This document shows positions 10,027-19,872 of a stretch of 60,101 nucleotides of DNA, piece by piece. The position numbers were made by a program, and so were the translations under genes. The stretch covers positions 1 to 60,101 of the forward strand of contig DVKE01000042.1 in NCBI GenBank assembly GCA_018716225.1. The letters run 5' to 3'. This stretch comes from Candidatus Onthousia faecigallinarum. GTDB taxonomy: Bacteria > Bacillota_I > Bacilli_A > RF39 > UBA660. The number at the start of each line of letters is the position of its first letter. The stretch's first letter is position 1. Under the pieces are notes generated by a model. That model did no database searches and was not told where the DNA came from. It saw nothing but the letters and a program-made list of their open reading frames with translations.

Positions 10027-10962
10027 ATGACGCAAGTTGATTATGAAGCCAGTCTTTTCTTTTCTAAAATTAATCAATTAGATAAGCAAGAAATTTTTGA
10101 TAATATAAAAGAACGTTATCTTTCGTTGAATAATTCCTTGCAAGAGGGATTAGAAACTTTTTTTCAACAATTTTCTTTTTGGGGAAAATTAGATCGAAAG
10201 AAAAATCTTTATGAAGAAATTCAAAATCGAGCCACATTTTTAAAAGAAAAGAAAGAAGACTTAGAATGGCTTTATCAGTCTTTACAAGATTATCGATCGA
10301 AAAAAATTTTGCTTGCTATTTTAAAAAATTATTACTATTATGATTTTTCTCTCCTTGGTTCTGTTCGCGAAAACTGCTATTCTCATTATTTTGATCTTGA
10401 TCTTTTGCCATCTTTGGAAGATGCTGTTTTTGTAGATGTAGGAGCATATATTGGGGATACGGTAGATGATTTTTTGAAAAATTTCAACTACCAATACCGT
10501 AAAATTTATTGTTATGAAGTAACAGGGGAATCTTTTGCTATTTTAAAAGATAAATTCTGTCTTTCAGAACGGATCATTTGTCAAAAGAAAGCCGTGTATG
10601 ATCACACCTGCAAACTTAGTTTAACTTTTCACCCTACAAGTTTTTCTGCCAATCGAACTACGGAAGAGGAAGGGGAAATCGAAGCGATCACTTTAGATGA
10701 AGATATTAAAGAAAAGATAGATTTTTTAAAAATGGATATTGAAGGCAGTGAACGAAAAGCTTTGATTGGAGCGAGAAAGCATATCCAAGAAGATCATCCT
10801 TATCTCATGATTTCTGTTTACCATGGCTTTGAGGATTTAGTAGAAATACCAAAATTAATTTTACAATGGAATGCTAATTATCAATTTTGTCTTCGTTATT
10901 ATGGAAATGAAGTGTTCCCTACGGAGATTGTTCTTTTGGCTATTCCAAAAAAGAGCGCATGA
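10027..10962 (+). CDS. FkbM-family methyltransferase
   Basis: The SAM-binding VDVGAYIGDT and the FLKMDIEGSERKAL motif are typical of the FkbM family. Confidence 0.7.
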   Translation: MTQVDYEASLFFSKINQLDKQEIFDNIKERYLSLNNSLQEGLETFFQQFSFWGKLDRKKNLYEEIQNRATFLKEKKEDLEWLYQSLQDYRSKKILLAILKNYYYYDFSLLGSVRENCYSHYFDLDLLPSLEDAVFVDVGAYIGDTVDDFLKNFNYQYRKIYCYEVTGESFAILKDKFCLSERIICQKKAVYDHTCKLSLTFHPTSFSANRTTEEEGEIEAITLDEDIKEKIDFLKMDIEGSERKALIGARKHIQEDHPYLMISVYHGFEDLVEIPKLILQWNANYQFCLRYYGNEVFPTEIVLLAIPKKSA

Positions 10963-11002
10963 GTTCTTTTTTTTTACATAAAATTTTACTAGGTGATAGT
11001 AG

Positions 11003-11248
11003 ATGAAATTATGGCACTATGTCGAGAATCATATCGAGGATCAAGAATTTCATTTTGATATCTTTGCTGATAAAATACACGTTGTGAACTATCAAGATAT
11101 TATTTCGGTGGGAAATGAGAAAATCATTCTTTCTGCTGCTAAGCAAACCGTATACTTTTATGGTACTTCTTTTTCTCTTAGTAAATTATTGGATCAAGAA
11201 TTATTAATTGAAGGGAAGCTATTGAGGTTGGAAGTTATTTATGAATAG
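11003..11248 (+). CDS. yqfC: Sporulation protein YqfC (YabP family)
   Basis: 81 aa with a C-terminal LLIEGKLLRLEVIYE pattern like YqfC. It overlaps the yqfD start, and the yqfC-yqfD...ybeY-dgkA-era-recO synteny is conserved. Confidence 0.7.
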   Translation: MKLWHYVENHIEDQEFHFDIFADKIHVVNYQDIISVGNEKIILSAAKQTVYFYGTSFSLSKLLDQELLIEGKLLRLEVIYE

Positions 11249-12410
11249 TTATACGATTAAAATTGAAGGAAAAAGAATATATCGTTTTTTAGACACTCTA
11301 GTTCGACAACGCATTCCTTTTCATAAATTGAACGAAGAAAATAATTTTTGTGTTTTAGAAGTTACCATGGAAGATTTTGAACGGATTAAAAAGCTTCATA
11401 CTACTTATCAAATAACAGTAGTGAAAAGACGAGGGTTACCTTATATTCTTTATTTATGGAAGAAGAAAAAGATTTTTCTCGGCTCAGTCCTTTTTGCTTT
11501 TTTTCTTTTGACTTTTTTTAGTTATATTATTTTTGATATTCAGGTCATTCACACGGATAAACAATTAAGAGATATCATATATGCCGATTTAAAAGAATGT
11601 GGTTTGGAAAAATATCATTTTAAAATTAATTATGAAACAAAAGAAAAAATTCGTAATAAAATTTTAGAAAAAGAAAAAGAAATTATAGAGTGGTTAGAAA
11701 TTGAAGAAATAGGAACGACTTATCAAGTAAAGGTAATTCCCAGAGTTCAAAAAAAAGAGGAGGAAGCCTTAAAGCCTAGAAGTGTAGTTGCTAAAAAAAG
11801 TGGTATGATTTTATCTATTGAAGCGACGACAGGGGAAGTGGTGGTTCAAAAAAATCAATATGTAGAGAAAGGACAGGAGTTGATTACAGGAATTATCAAA
11901 AATAAAGAAGAAGTGAAAGCTCTTGTTCCAGCGACAGGAAAAGTATATGCTGAAGTTTGGTATCAAGTAAATATGGTACTTCCTTTAAAATATGAAGAAG
12001 AAGAAAGAACGGGGAAAGAAAAGAAAGTATTTGAAATACATTTTTTAAATAATGATTTTTCTTTGTTTGATTTTTCCCCTTATGCCGTTTCTCATAGGGA
12101 AGAACAAGTATTGTGGAAGCATCCTTTGTTGCCTTTTCAGGTAACTTACACGAAGAAAGAAGAAGTACAGGTGAAGAGAATTGCTTATGATGAAGGAAAT
12201 TTGTTAGAAAAAGTAGAACCTCTTGCTTTTTCCAAATTAAAAGAACAGTTAGGGGAAGATATTTCTATTCTCGATCGAAAAGTTTTGAAAAAAAGCTCAA
12301 AGCTTGGTAAAATAGAAATAGAGTTGTTTTTCAAAGTGAAAGAGGATATTACAGAATATCGTATGATTGATGAAAATTCAATTTCCTCTTCTCAAGGAGA
12401 AGAAAGTTAA
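11241..12410 (+). CDS. yqfD: Sporulation protein YqfD
   Basis: 389 aa with a single TM near residue 85. Size and position immediately after yqfC match YqfD. Confidence 0.7.
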   Translation: MNSYTIKIEGKRIYRFLDTLVRQRIPFHKLNEENNFCVLEVTMEDFERIKKLHTTYQITVVKRRGLPYILYLWKKKKIFLGSVLFAFFLLTFFSYIIFDIQVIHTDKQLRDIIYADLKECGLEKYHFKINYETKEKIRNKILEKEKEIIEWLEIEEIGTTYQVKVIPRVQKKEEEALKPRSVVAKKSGMILSIEATTGEVVVQKNQYVEKGQELITGIIKNKEEVKALVPATGKVYAEVWYQVNMVLPLKYEEEERTGKEKKVFEIHFLNNDFSLFDFSPYAVSHREEQVLWKHPLLPFQVTYTKKEEVQVKRIAYDEGNLLEKVEPLAFSKLKEQLGEDISILDRKVLKKSSKLGKIEIELFFKVKEDITEYRMIDENSISSSQGEES

Positions 12411-12419
12411 GGTGGCTTT

Positions 12420-13016
12420 ATGGATAGTTTAGGTCGAACGATTGGAAATGTTTTTGAATTTAGTTTGCCTATGGTATTTATTTCTGTTGTTGTTCTAGCA
12501 TCTCTTCGTATTTTTGATATTGTAAAAAATAAAAAAGAATTTTGCTTTCATAAAGAAATTTTTGCGCTTATCTTTATTATATATATTTTATGTTTGTTCC
12601 AAGTTGTCACTTATCAAGATAACAATTATGCAGCAGGAAATAATTTAATTCCTTTTCAGGAAATTTTTCGACATCCTGTTGGGAGTCGTTTGTTTTTAAA
12701 AAATGTTTTAGGGAATATTTTGTTGTTTTTACCTTATGGCTTTTTTATTAGTCATTATTTAAAAGAAAAAAAGACATTTCCTATTTTAATTTTGACTTTG
12801 ATTGTATCTGTAGCGGTAGAATCTACTCAATTGATGATCGGAAGAGTCTTTGATATCGATGATATACTTTTAAATGTAGTTGGGGGTGTATTGGGACACT
12901 ATTGTTATATTTTGGTTTTAAAAATAGGGCAGCTTTGTCCTAAAGTGTTTTTATCTGAGTGGTTTTTAAATCTGCTTTCGTTTTTTCTCCTTTTAGGATT
13001 AATATTTCTTCTTTAA
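12420..13016 (+). CDS. VanZ-family membrane protein
   Basis: Polytopic, with the VanZ-like motif VESTQLMIGRVFDIDDILLNVVGGVLG. Confidence 0.7.
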   Translation: MDSLGRTIGNVFEFSLPMVFISVVVLASLRIFDIVKNKKEFCFHKEIFALIFIIYILCLFQVVTYQDNNYAAGNNLIPFQEIFRHPVGSRLFLKNVLGNILLFLPYGFFISHYLKEKKTFPILILTLIVSVAVESTQLMIGRVFDIDDILLNVVGGVLGHYCYILVLKIGQLCPKVFLSEWFLNLLSFFLLLGLIFLL

Positions 13017-13056
13017 TCGGAAATTTTATGTTATACTGTAGCTAGGTGAGAAATAC

Positions 13057-13506
13057 GTGAATCAAATTGGAATTTTTAATCAGACGGGGCAAGAGGTCCC
13101 TCAACTGGATTTAGTTAAAAAAGTTTTGAAGAAAGCCATGAAGATCGAACATTTAAAGAATACGAGTTTTAATTTAATTTTGGTAGATGATTCTTATATA
13201 CATGAATTAAATAAGACTTATCGGAAGATTGATCGAGTGACAGATGTGATTACTTTCGCTTTAGAAGATGATGATAAATGTCTTTTACCAAAGGGAAAAA
13301 GAGTTTTGGGTGATATTTATATTAGTATTGATACGGCAGAAAGGCAAGCAAAGGAATATGGTCATGGTTTGGATCGAGAACTCTGTTTTTTAGCAGTACA
13401 TGGATTTTATCATTTATTAGGATATGATCATATGAATGAAAAGGATGAGAAAATTATGTTTCAAAAGCAAGAGGAGGTCTTAAAAGAATATGGACTCGAA
13501 AGATAA
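13057..13506 (+). CDS. ybeY: rRNA maturation endoribonuclease YbeY
   Basis: Zinc motif HGFYHLLGYDH, 149 aa, GTG start, conserved synteny. Confidence 0.9.
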   Translation: MNQIGIFNQTGQEVPQLDLVKKVLKKAMKIEHLKNTSFNLILVDDSYIHELNKTYRKIDRVTDVITFALEDDDKCLLPKGKRVLGDIYISIDTAERQAKEYGHGLDRELCFLAVHGFYHLLGYDHMNEKDEKIMFQKQEEVLKEYGLER

Positions 13507-13885
13507 AAAAACAGTTTATACCAAAGATTTAGGAAAGTCATTGAATCATTCTTTGGATGGATTAATATTAGCGGTAAAGAAAGAATCTAGTTTGAAAATT
13601 CTTATTGGGGTGGCACTTCTTGTCCTTATGCTGGGGGTTCTTTTTCAAGTGTCCGCTGTGGATTGGCTTTTTATTCTTCTTATGATTGGTTGTTGTTTTG
13701 GAGCAGAGCTTTTTAATACGGCCATCGAGAGTGTGGTGGATTTGGCTACTCAAGAAATACATCCCTTAGCGAAAGCAGCTAAAGATACGGCTTCGGCGGC
13801 AGAACTTGTTTTTTTAGTCATGTCAGCGATTATGCTCTGTATTATTTTTATTCCTGAGGTCATGACTTTATTCGAAATGGCTTAA
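13490..13885 (+). CDS. dgkA: Diacylglycerol/undecaprenol kinase
   Basis: 131 aa with 3 TM, an ELFNTAIESVVD motif, and a position between ybeY and era. Confidence 0.85.
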   Translation: MDSKDKKTVYTKDLGKSLNHSLDGLILAVKKESSLKILIGVALLVLMLGVLFQVSAVDWLFILLMIGCCFGAELFNTAIESVVDLATQEIHPLAKAAKDTASAAELVFLVMSAIMLCIIFIPEVMTLFEMA

Positions 13886-13952
13886 AGTCATTTTCTTTTT
13901 TTGATATTTTAGAGTATTATATAATAAAGAAGAAAAACAGGAGGTGTTTTTT

Positions 13953-14837
13953 ATGAAATGTGGAACGGTAACGATTATGGGACGGCCAAATGTTGGAAAA
14001 AGTACGCTTTTAAATAGTCTTATGAATATGAAATTAGCGATTACTACGGATAAGGCTGGGACTACGCGTAATATTATAGAAGGAATTTATCAAGATGAAG
14101 ATTCACAAATTATTTTTATTGATACTCCTGGTATTCATAAACCAATGTATAAATTGGGTAATCTATTGAATCGTAAAGCTTATCAAAATATCGATAATGC
14201 TGATATTATTTTGTTTTTAATCGATGGATCTACTGGGTTTGGAAAAGGAGATCAATTCGTTTTAAACAAATTAGAAGAAAAGAAAGATACACCTTTATTC
14301 TTAATTATTAATAAAATTGATAAAATGAAGAAAGAACAGTTGATTCAGACGATTAATCAAGTGAAAGATGTTTGTAATTTTGCTGAGATTATTCCTATTT
14401 CGGCTTTGAAAAAAACGGCTATTCAAGATTTAATTCATACCATAAAGAAATACTTACCCTTGGAAGAGGCTATTTTTGAGGAAAATGAATTAACCAATGT
14501 TTCTACCCGTTTTTTAATGGCAGAGTTTGTGCGGGAAAAAGCAATGATGTTAACAAGGCAAGAAGTTCCTCATGCTATTACTTGTTATGTGGAAAATTAT
14601 GAAGAGGAAGATAATCTTGTCCATATTCAAGTGTTACTTGTTGTCGATCGCGAAAACCTAAAAAAAATTTTAATTGGAAAAGGGGGAAGTATGTTGAAAA
14701 AGGTTGGTACTTTAGCAAGACATGATATGGAAGAGTTTTTAGGAAAGAAAGTTTATTTGGAATTACATGTTAAAGTAATCGAGAATTGGAGAGATCAAGA
14801 AAAACTTTTAAAAGAATTAGGCTTTGATGATGAATAA
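13953..14837 (+). CDS. era: GTPase Era
   Basis: G1 GRPNVGKST, G3 DTPGIH, G4 NKID, and a C-terminal KH domain. The ATG at 13953 follows AGGAGGTG. Confidence 0.95.
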   Translation: MKCGTVTIMGRPNVGKSTLLNSLMNMKLAITTDKAGTTRNIIEGIYQDEDSQIIFIDTPGIHKPMYKLGNLLNRKAYQNIDNADIILFLIDGSTGFGKGDQFVLNKLEEKKDTPLFLIINKIDKMKKEQLIQTINQVKDVCNFAEIIPISALKKTAIQDLIHTIKKYLPLEEAIFEENELTNVSTRFLMAEFVREKAMMLTRQEVPHAITCYVENYEEEDNLVHIQVLLVVDRENLKKILIGKGGSMLKKVGTLARHDMEEFLGKKVYLELHVKVIENWRDQEKLLKELGFDDE

Positions 14838-14877
14838 AAATTTTTCTTTTTTCTCATGATAAGAGTAGGTGATGAAA

Positions 14878-15003
14878 ATGGAAAAATTAGTTTGGGAATT
14901 ATTTCAAAAAACAGGTGATATTAAATATTATTTATTAGCTAAGAGAATGGAAGAATGTGATCAGGATGAAGATAGTGGATGTAAAGGGACTGGTGTTGTC
15001 TGA
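14878..15003 (+). CDS. yqzL: YqzL-family small protein (41 aa; not in the ORF track)
   Basis: MEKLVWELFQKTGDIKYYLLAKRMEE resembles YqzL. It sits in the canonical slot between era and recO and overlaps the recO start. Confidence 0.6.
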   Translation: MEKLVWELFQKTGDIKYYLLAKRMEECDQDEDSGCKGTGVV

Positions 15004-15724
15004 GACGAATTATAGTGATTCTAGTAAAATATTAAATGTTTTAACGGAAGAATATGGTTGTATTGGAATATTATCACGAGGTTGTCGAAATTTAAAAAGT
15101 AAATTAAGAGGGGTTTCGCGAAAATTACTTTATGGGGTTTTTCATTTTTATTATAAAGAAAAGGGTCTTTCTACTTTAATTAGTGTTGATGTTTTAAATA
15201 GTTATCCCAAGACGATGATGGATTTAAAAAACATTGTTTTTGCTTCTTTTCTTTTGGATTTAACAGGACAGGTCGTAAGACAAAGTGAAGAACGTTCTAT
15301 TTTATCTTTGACCCTAGCTGCTTTGGATAAGATCGAAGAGGGGATGGATCCTTTTGTTATTACGAATATTTTAGAATTAAAATTTCTTTCATTTTTAGGG
15401 GTTAGTCCTACGCTTGATCAGTGTGCTATCTGTGGAAGTATTCATAATATCGTGAGCGTTAGTTCTACGGCAGGTGGACTGGTTTGTGGTGATTGTTCTT
15501 CTCTTCAACAAGATGGCTATTATAGTGAAAAAGTAATACAATTATTACGGATGTATTATTATGTGGACATTCATAAGATTAGTAAAATATCAGTTAGTGC
15601 GAAAGCGAATCAAGAGATTAATCAGTTTTTAGATGATTATTATGATCGCTATACGGGTATTTATTTAAAAAGTAAAAAGCTATTGCAAAATGTTTCTCGT
15701 ATCATGCCAAAAGAAAACATATGA
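14966..15724 (+). CDS. recO: DNA repair protein RecO
   Basis: N-terminal OB-fold pattern and a zinc motif CAICGS...VCGDC. The ATG at 14966 is preferred over the track GTG at 14957. Confidence 0.9.
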   Translation: MKIVDVKGLVLSETNYSDSSKILNVLTEEYGCIGILSRGCRNLKSKLRGVSRKLLYGVFHFYYKEKGLSTLISVDVLNSYPKTMMDLKNIVFASFLLDLTGQVVRQSEERSILSLTLAALDKIEEGMDPFVITNILELKFLSFLGVSPTLDQCAICGSIHNIVSVSSTAGGLVCGDCSSLQQDGYYSEKVIQLLRMYYYVDIHKISKISVSAKANQEINQFLDDYYDRYTGIYLKSKKLLQNVSRIMPKENI

Positions 15725-15746
15725 TTTTTAAGACCATATGTTTTTT
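15714..15746. terminator. Hairpin terminator between convergent recO and the 15766-16254 ORF
   Basis: AAAACATATG (15714-15723) pairs with CATATGTTTT (15735-15744), with T-rich sequence after it. It overlaps the recO stop. Confidence 0.5.
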
Positions 15747-15765
15747 CATAATTGGCTCTATCATA

Positions 15766-16254
15766 TTATATTTTTTTGATTTTAGCTTTTCCAAGCTTTT
15801 TTTCTTTTTTATATCCTAATAGACATCCGATGAGTACTCCTAGATTAAGTTTTATGAAATAAGAACTTGTAGTTATCACATTTTGGGCTTTTAATTCATC
15901 GACGGGAAAAGATTTGTCATAATCAATATAGTTGGTTTCTAGTATGGCAAAAGGTTCATTGTCTTCTAAAACCAAAGGAGAAGTATCTTCGTTTTTGTAT
16001 TTTTCAACTTTGTCTGCATTTTCGAAGAATTCTATGACTTCGTCCTGTTTAAACTTATTTAAAATCTCTTGTGCTGTTTCTTCCGATATTTGTCCTTTGG
16101 AGGGATATTTGTAAGAGCATTGATATATTTCTTGGGTATAAACTTTGTCTTTTTCTAGTTCTTCATAGGGCATAACAAGGAATAATTTTAAAAGGGGGAT
16201 CTCTTTTAAATTTCTTTCGCTAATTAAGTGGTAGGCGGGCAAATCCGTTTTCAT
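15766..16254 (-). CDS. Hypothetical protein with C-terminal membrane anchor
   Basis: 162-aa ORF with a C-terminal hydrophobic segment LNLGVLIGCLLGY followed by basic residues. Confidence 0.5.
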   Translation of the reverse strand: MKTDLPAYHLISERNLKEIPLLKLFLVMPYEELEKDKVYTQEIYQCSYKYPSKGQISEETAQEILNKFKQDEVIEFFENADKVEKYKNEDTSPLVLEDNEPFAILETNYIDYDKSFPVDELKAQNVITTSSYFIKLNLGVLIGCLLGYKKEKKLGKAKIKKI

Positions 16255-16280
16255 TTTGTTTTCTTTTTTGTAAAGAGAAG

Positions 16281-16442
16281 TTAGGGAAATTTTTCCGTTG
16301 TCACTTCATAAACATCCTCTTTATCCGTAATAAAAGGATATTTTCCAGTAATACTTCCACTGACAATACTAGACATCGTTGCAATACTAGCCCCTAGTAA
16401 CATTCCTATCGTATCATAGCCTATCTTTTTTTCGTTTTTCAT
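16281..16442 (-). CDS. Possible small membrane protein (53 aa; not in the ORF track)
   Basis: MKNEKKIGYDTIGMLLGASIATMSSIVSGSITGKYPF..., directly upstream of and co-oriented with 15766-16254. Confidence 0.3.
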   Translation of the reverse strand: MKNEKKIGYDTIGMLLGASIATMSSIVSGSITGKYPFITDKEDVYEVTTEKFP

Positions 16443-16596
16443 TTTATTCTTTTCCTTTCCGTGTAAAGTAGTTATATTTTAGTATGATTTTTCTTTTTTG
16501 GCAATTTTTTGTTTCTAATTTCTACATCGGCGTTGTTTAAAAATTCGTTTTAGATTATCTTTTTGTCATGATCGAGACTTAAAAAACAATTAATCT

Positions 16597-16625
16597 TTGC
16601 AAAACAACACAGATAACAGTATAAT
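16597..16625 (+). promoter_or_regulatory. Putative sigma-A promoter for the LOG-glyQS unit
   Basis: TTGCAA (16597-16602), a 17-nt spacer, then TATAAT (16620-16625). Confidence 0.55.
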
Positions 16626-16647
16626 AAAAGAAGAAAAGAGGGATCTT

Positions 16648-17211
16648 ATGTCAAAGAATATAGGAATTATGTGTAGTAGTAATAAAAATTGTAATTTAGA
16701 ATCCAGAATGCTTGCTGAGAATATTGCTCAAGCCATTAGTAAAACAGATTTTGGAGTTGTCATGGGAAGTGGTATGACTGGTCTTATGGGACAAATCAAA
16801 GAAATCTTTTCGGAGAACCAAGTTCCTTTAGAAGTTGTTGGAGTAGAAGGCGATGATGATTTAGAAACGAGTGTCGGAGATCTTAAGGTTACAGCACCTT
16901 CTTCATTCGCACGGACAGAACACCTTTATCAAGACAGTGATATAATACTTTTTTTACCTGGAGGGGTAGGAACTTTAAGTGAATTTTATTCTATGCTTGA
17001 TTATAAATTGGAAAAAGGAGAAGGGAAACCTTTAATTCTTTATAATGAAGATCATAGTTTTGATCTGGTGTTAAAAGATATCAAAGAACGATCAACCAAA
17101 GGTGGGTTTATTGATCCTAAGGCTCTTTTCGATTTTGAGGTTGTAAATAATCAAAAAGAGTTTGATCAAGTGTGTCAAAAATATCAGGAAGAAAAAGAAA
17201 GGATACGGTAA
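16648..17211 (+). CDS. LOG-family (TIGR00730-type) Rossmann-fold nucleotide-binding protein
   Basis: PGGVGTLSEF motif. The ATG at 16648 follows AGAGGGA; the upstream part of the track ORF overlaps the promoter. Confidence 0.7.
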   Translation: MSKNIGIMCSSNKNCNLESRMLAENIAQAISKTDFGVVMGSGMTGLMGQIKEIFSENQVPLEVVGVEGDDDLETSVGDLKVTAPSSFARTEHLYQDSDIILFLPGGVGTLSEFYSMLDYKLEKGEGKPLILYNEDHSFDLVLKDIKERSTKGGFIDPKALFDFEVVNNQKEFDQVCQKYQEEKERIR

Positions 17212-17212
17212 C

Positions 17213-18586
17213 ATGAAAAAAAATATAACAATGGAGAAATTAGTGGCTTTTTGTAAACAATATGGATTTATTTTCCAAGGAAGTGAGATTTATGGAGGAC
17301 TTGCTAATACTTGGGATTATGGCCCTTTAGGAAGTCGTTTAAAAAATAATGTCAAAGATTCTTGGCGGAAACGTTTTATTCAAGAGCGAAGAAATGCTTA
17401 TGAATTGGATGCGGCTATTTTAATGCATCCAAGAGTATGGGAAGCGAGTGGTCATGTCGCTAGTTTTAGTGATCCTTTGATTGATTGTAAGTCTTGTAAG
17501 ATGAGACATCGAGCGGATAATTTAATCGATGATTTTGACCCAGATGCTCATGCCGATGGAATGACACAGGATGAGATGATGCAGTATATTAAAGAGCATA
17601 AGGTACCATGTCCTCATTGTGGGAAAAGTGATTTTACTGATATTCGGCAATTTAATCTTATGTTTGAAACCCATCGAGGAGTAACCGAAGATAGTAAAAG
17701 TAAAATATATTTACGGCCTGAAAATGCCCAAGGGGAGTATGTTAATTTCTTAAATGTAAAACGTTCGATGAGAGCAAAGTTACCATTTAGTATTGGACAA
17801 ATTGGAAAAGCCTTTCGCAATGAAATTACCCCGGGAAATTTTACTTTCCGAACCATTGAATTTGAACAGATGGAATATCAAACCTTTTGTAAAGAAGGAA
17901 CAGATAGCAAATTGTATCAATATTTTAAAGATTATGCGAAAAAATATTTTATGGATTTAGGTTTAAAGGAAGAAAATTTACGTTTTCATGATCATGAAAA
18001 ATTGGCTCATTATGCGAAAGAAGCTTGTGATATTGAATATCAATTTTGTTTTGGTTGGGGGGAGATTAATGGAACTCACAATCGAACCGATTATGATTTA
18101 TCAAGACATCAAGAGTATTCTGGTGTTTCTCAAGAGTATTTGGATCCGGATACGAATGAAAAATTTATTCCTTATATTATTGAATCTACGGTTGGTTGTG
18201 ATCGTTTAGTGTTAGCTTTATTAGATCAAGCGTATGAAGAGGAAACCTTAGAAAATGGAGAGACAAGAGAAGTACTCCATCTTCATCCATTCTTAGCACC
18301 TTATAAAATAGCGGTTTTACCACTTGTTAAGAAATATCATAGTGAGAAAGCATTAGAGATTTATCAAGATCTTACAAAAGATTTCTTTGTTACTTATGAT
18401 GAGACGGGATCGATTGGAAAACGCTATCGGAGACAAGATGCCATTGGAACTCCTTTCTGTTTAACAGTTGATGATGAAACGATGGAAAAGGGAACCGTTA
18501 CAATACGGGATCGGGATAGCATGGAGCAGATTACATTGTCCCTTGATGAAGTGAGAACCTATATTCAAGAGAAATTGCGGTTCTAA
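17213..18586 (+). CDS. glyQS: Glycine--tRNA ligase (single-chain GlyQS)
   Basis: FQGSEIYGGLANTWDYGPLG and the class II motif FRNEITPGNFTFRTIEFEQME. It is about 457 aa from the ATG at 17213. Confidence 0.95.
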   Translation: MKKNITMEKLVAFCKQYGFIFQGSEIYGGLANTWDYGPLGSRLKNNVKDSWRKRFIQERRNAYELDAAILMHPRVWEASGHVASFSDPLIDCKSCKMRHRADNLIDDFDPDAHADGMTQDEMMQYIKEHKVPCPHCGKSDFTDIRQFNLMFETHRGVTEDSKSKIYLRPENAQGEYVNFLNVKRSMRAKLPFSIGQIGKAFRNEITPGNFTFRTIEFEQMEYQTFCKEGTDSKLYQYFKDYAKKYFMDLGLKEENLRFHDHEKLAHYAKEACDIEYQFCFGWGEINGTHNRTDYDLSRHQEYSGVSQEYLDPDTNEKFIPYIIESTVGCDRLVLALLDQAYEEETLENGETREVLHLHPFLAPYKIAVLPLVKKYHSEKALEIYQDLTKDFFVTYDETGSIGKRYRRQDAIGTPFCLTVDDETMEKGTVTIRDRDSMEQITLSLDEVRTYIQEKLRF

Positions 18587-18646
18587 TGAAACCAGAAAAT
18601 GCTATCTTGATTATTATATTAAAATGAAAGAATATCAGTTAGGTAG

Positions 18647-19168
18647 GTGTTGATTTTGAAAATTGGTGAAATAAAGGGAATTGTGATTGAAGCGGATGGA
18701 ACAGAACATCCTTATGGAATTTGTCGTATGGTACCGGCAAAAGTTTTAGTGGAAGAGGAGGGCCATGATACTTCTTTCGAGGAGGAAATTGTTTTTTCTA
18801 AATGGTTTCAAGAGGCAAAAATTCCTTATGATTTTTCTCGTTCTATTTATTCTCAAATGCCAGAACTTACCCAATATGGTTTGAGTTTTATTACCAATGC
18901 TAGCTCTGTTTCGGCAAAGCTTAAAACTTATTATGTCTTTTTAATTCATGCTCCTAATAATATTACCGAAGAAGCGAAAGAGGCTTTGGCTACTCATTAT
19001 CAGGAATTAAAAGAGGCTTTATCTGTTGATAATTCTTATTTTCAAGGAGAAGTCTATCAAGATGGAGAACCGATTTGGCCTGATTCTAAATATGATTTAG
19101 ATGAATTTTATGATGCTCTTGAAATTGAAAAAATAAAGAAACAAGAGAATCATACAAAAGGGAAATAG
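18647..19168 (+). CDS. Hypothetical protein
   Basis: 173-aa ORF with a GTG start after TAGGTAGGTG. No recognised motif. Confidence 0.5.
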   Translation: MLILKIGEIKGIVIEADGTEHPYGICRMVPAKVLVEEEGHDTSFEEEIVFSKWFQEAKIPYDFSRSIYSQMPELTQYGLSFITNASSVSAKLKTYYVFLIHAPNNITEEAKEALATHYQELKEALSVDNSYFQGEVYQDGEPIWPDSKYDLDEFYDALEIEKIKKQENHTKGK

Positions 19169-19366
19169 GGAAGGAGTATTGTATGGTATCTCCTGATAAT
19201 CAAAGTAGTTTCAAAATAATTGGTAAAACACTTTTTCATCTTTTCCTTTTTTGGCTATTTAGTTTTTTCATTTTTCATGTATCTTTTTTTCAATCAAAAG
19301 AAATAGGTCCCACGCAGGCATTTTTAGTGGATGGAGTTATAAAGTGAATCCTTTTATTTTTTTGCT

Positions 19367-19660
19367 TTGCATATTGATTTTTTTATTTTTATATACTTTT
19401 TTTGGCAAGAATACTTAAAAAAAGATTTTAAGCAAGGGGAAGAGAAAAATCGAATGTTTGTTATTTTTTCTGCTTTTCTCTTTTTAATTTTTATTCTTCT
19501 TGAATTCCTTATTTTATTATTTGTTCTTGGTTTAGATATTAGTTGGGGTACGGTTTTAAATTTTCCTGTCGAAGAAATTTATCTTTTTGTTTTTATTTAC
19601 TTATTGCTTTTTCCTCTTTTTGATACAATTCGGGAGAGAAGAAAACAGGGAAGAAGATAA
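19367..19660 (+). CDS. Hypothetical small membrane protein (possibly a fragment)
   Basis: Hydrophobic 97-aa ORF with a TTG start. It is preceded by other short hydrophobic ORFs (19183-19347) separated by T-runs. Confidence 0.3.
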   Translation: MHIDFFIFIYFFWQEYLKKDFKQGEEKNRMFVIFSAFLFLIFILLEFLILLFVLGLDISWGTVLNFPVEEIYLFVFIYLLLFPLFDTIRERRKQGRR

Positions 19661-19709
19661 TTTATTTTTTGGTGATGACAATTTTGTTGAAAATTTAAGT
19701 CAAAAAAAG

Positions 19710-19738
19710 TTGACAAAGCTTCCTGTTTTGCATATAAT
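19710..19738 (+). promoter_or_regulatory. Consensus sigma-A promoter of the infC-rpmI-rplT operon
   Basis: TTGACA (19710-19715), a 17-nt spacer, then TATAAT (19733-19738). Confidence 0.7.
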
Positions 19739-19872
19739 ATTAGCAGTTAGAAAAGGAAAGAGATTTTATATCCACCTGATTGCGAAGAGTGATAGGTAAA
19801 AAGCCAAGAAATGAATAACATTTATTTATGATGGTTTTTTAGTGGGTATAAAATGCCCACTTTTCTTAATTT
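19739..19872 (+). promoter_or_regulatory. Probable L20-responsive leader with attenuator hairpin
   Basis: About 135-nt untranslated leader ending in the stem AGTGGG/CCCACT (19841-19861) followed by TTTCTT. The position matches the Firmicutes L20 leader upstream of infC. Confidence 0.45.

Noticed and set aside
9738-10077. Minus-strand ORFs 9738-9968 and 9847-10077 opposite rpsU and its terminator region.
   Set aside because: They are antisense to a recognisable S21 gene. Their sequences are hydrophobic low-complexity artefacts of the A/G-rich sense strand.
16443-17212. A T-box riboswitch upstream of glyQS.
   Set aside because: glyQS starts 1 nt after the LOG-family gene stop, so there is no leader. 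The region upstream of the LOG gene is only ~50 nt from the promoter to the start and has no specifier or terminator architecture.
19587-19799. ORF 19587-19799 (70 aa) overlapping the infC promoter and leader.
   Set aside because: It runs through a consensus TTGACA-17-TATAAT promoter and the presumed L20 leader. It has no RBS, and the regulatory interpretation is more parsimonious.
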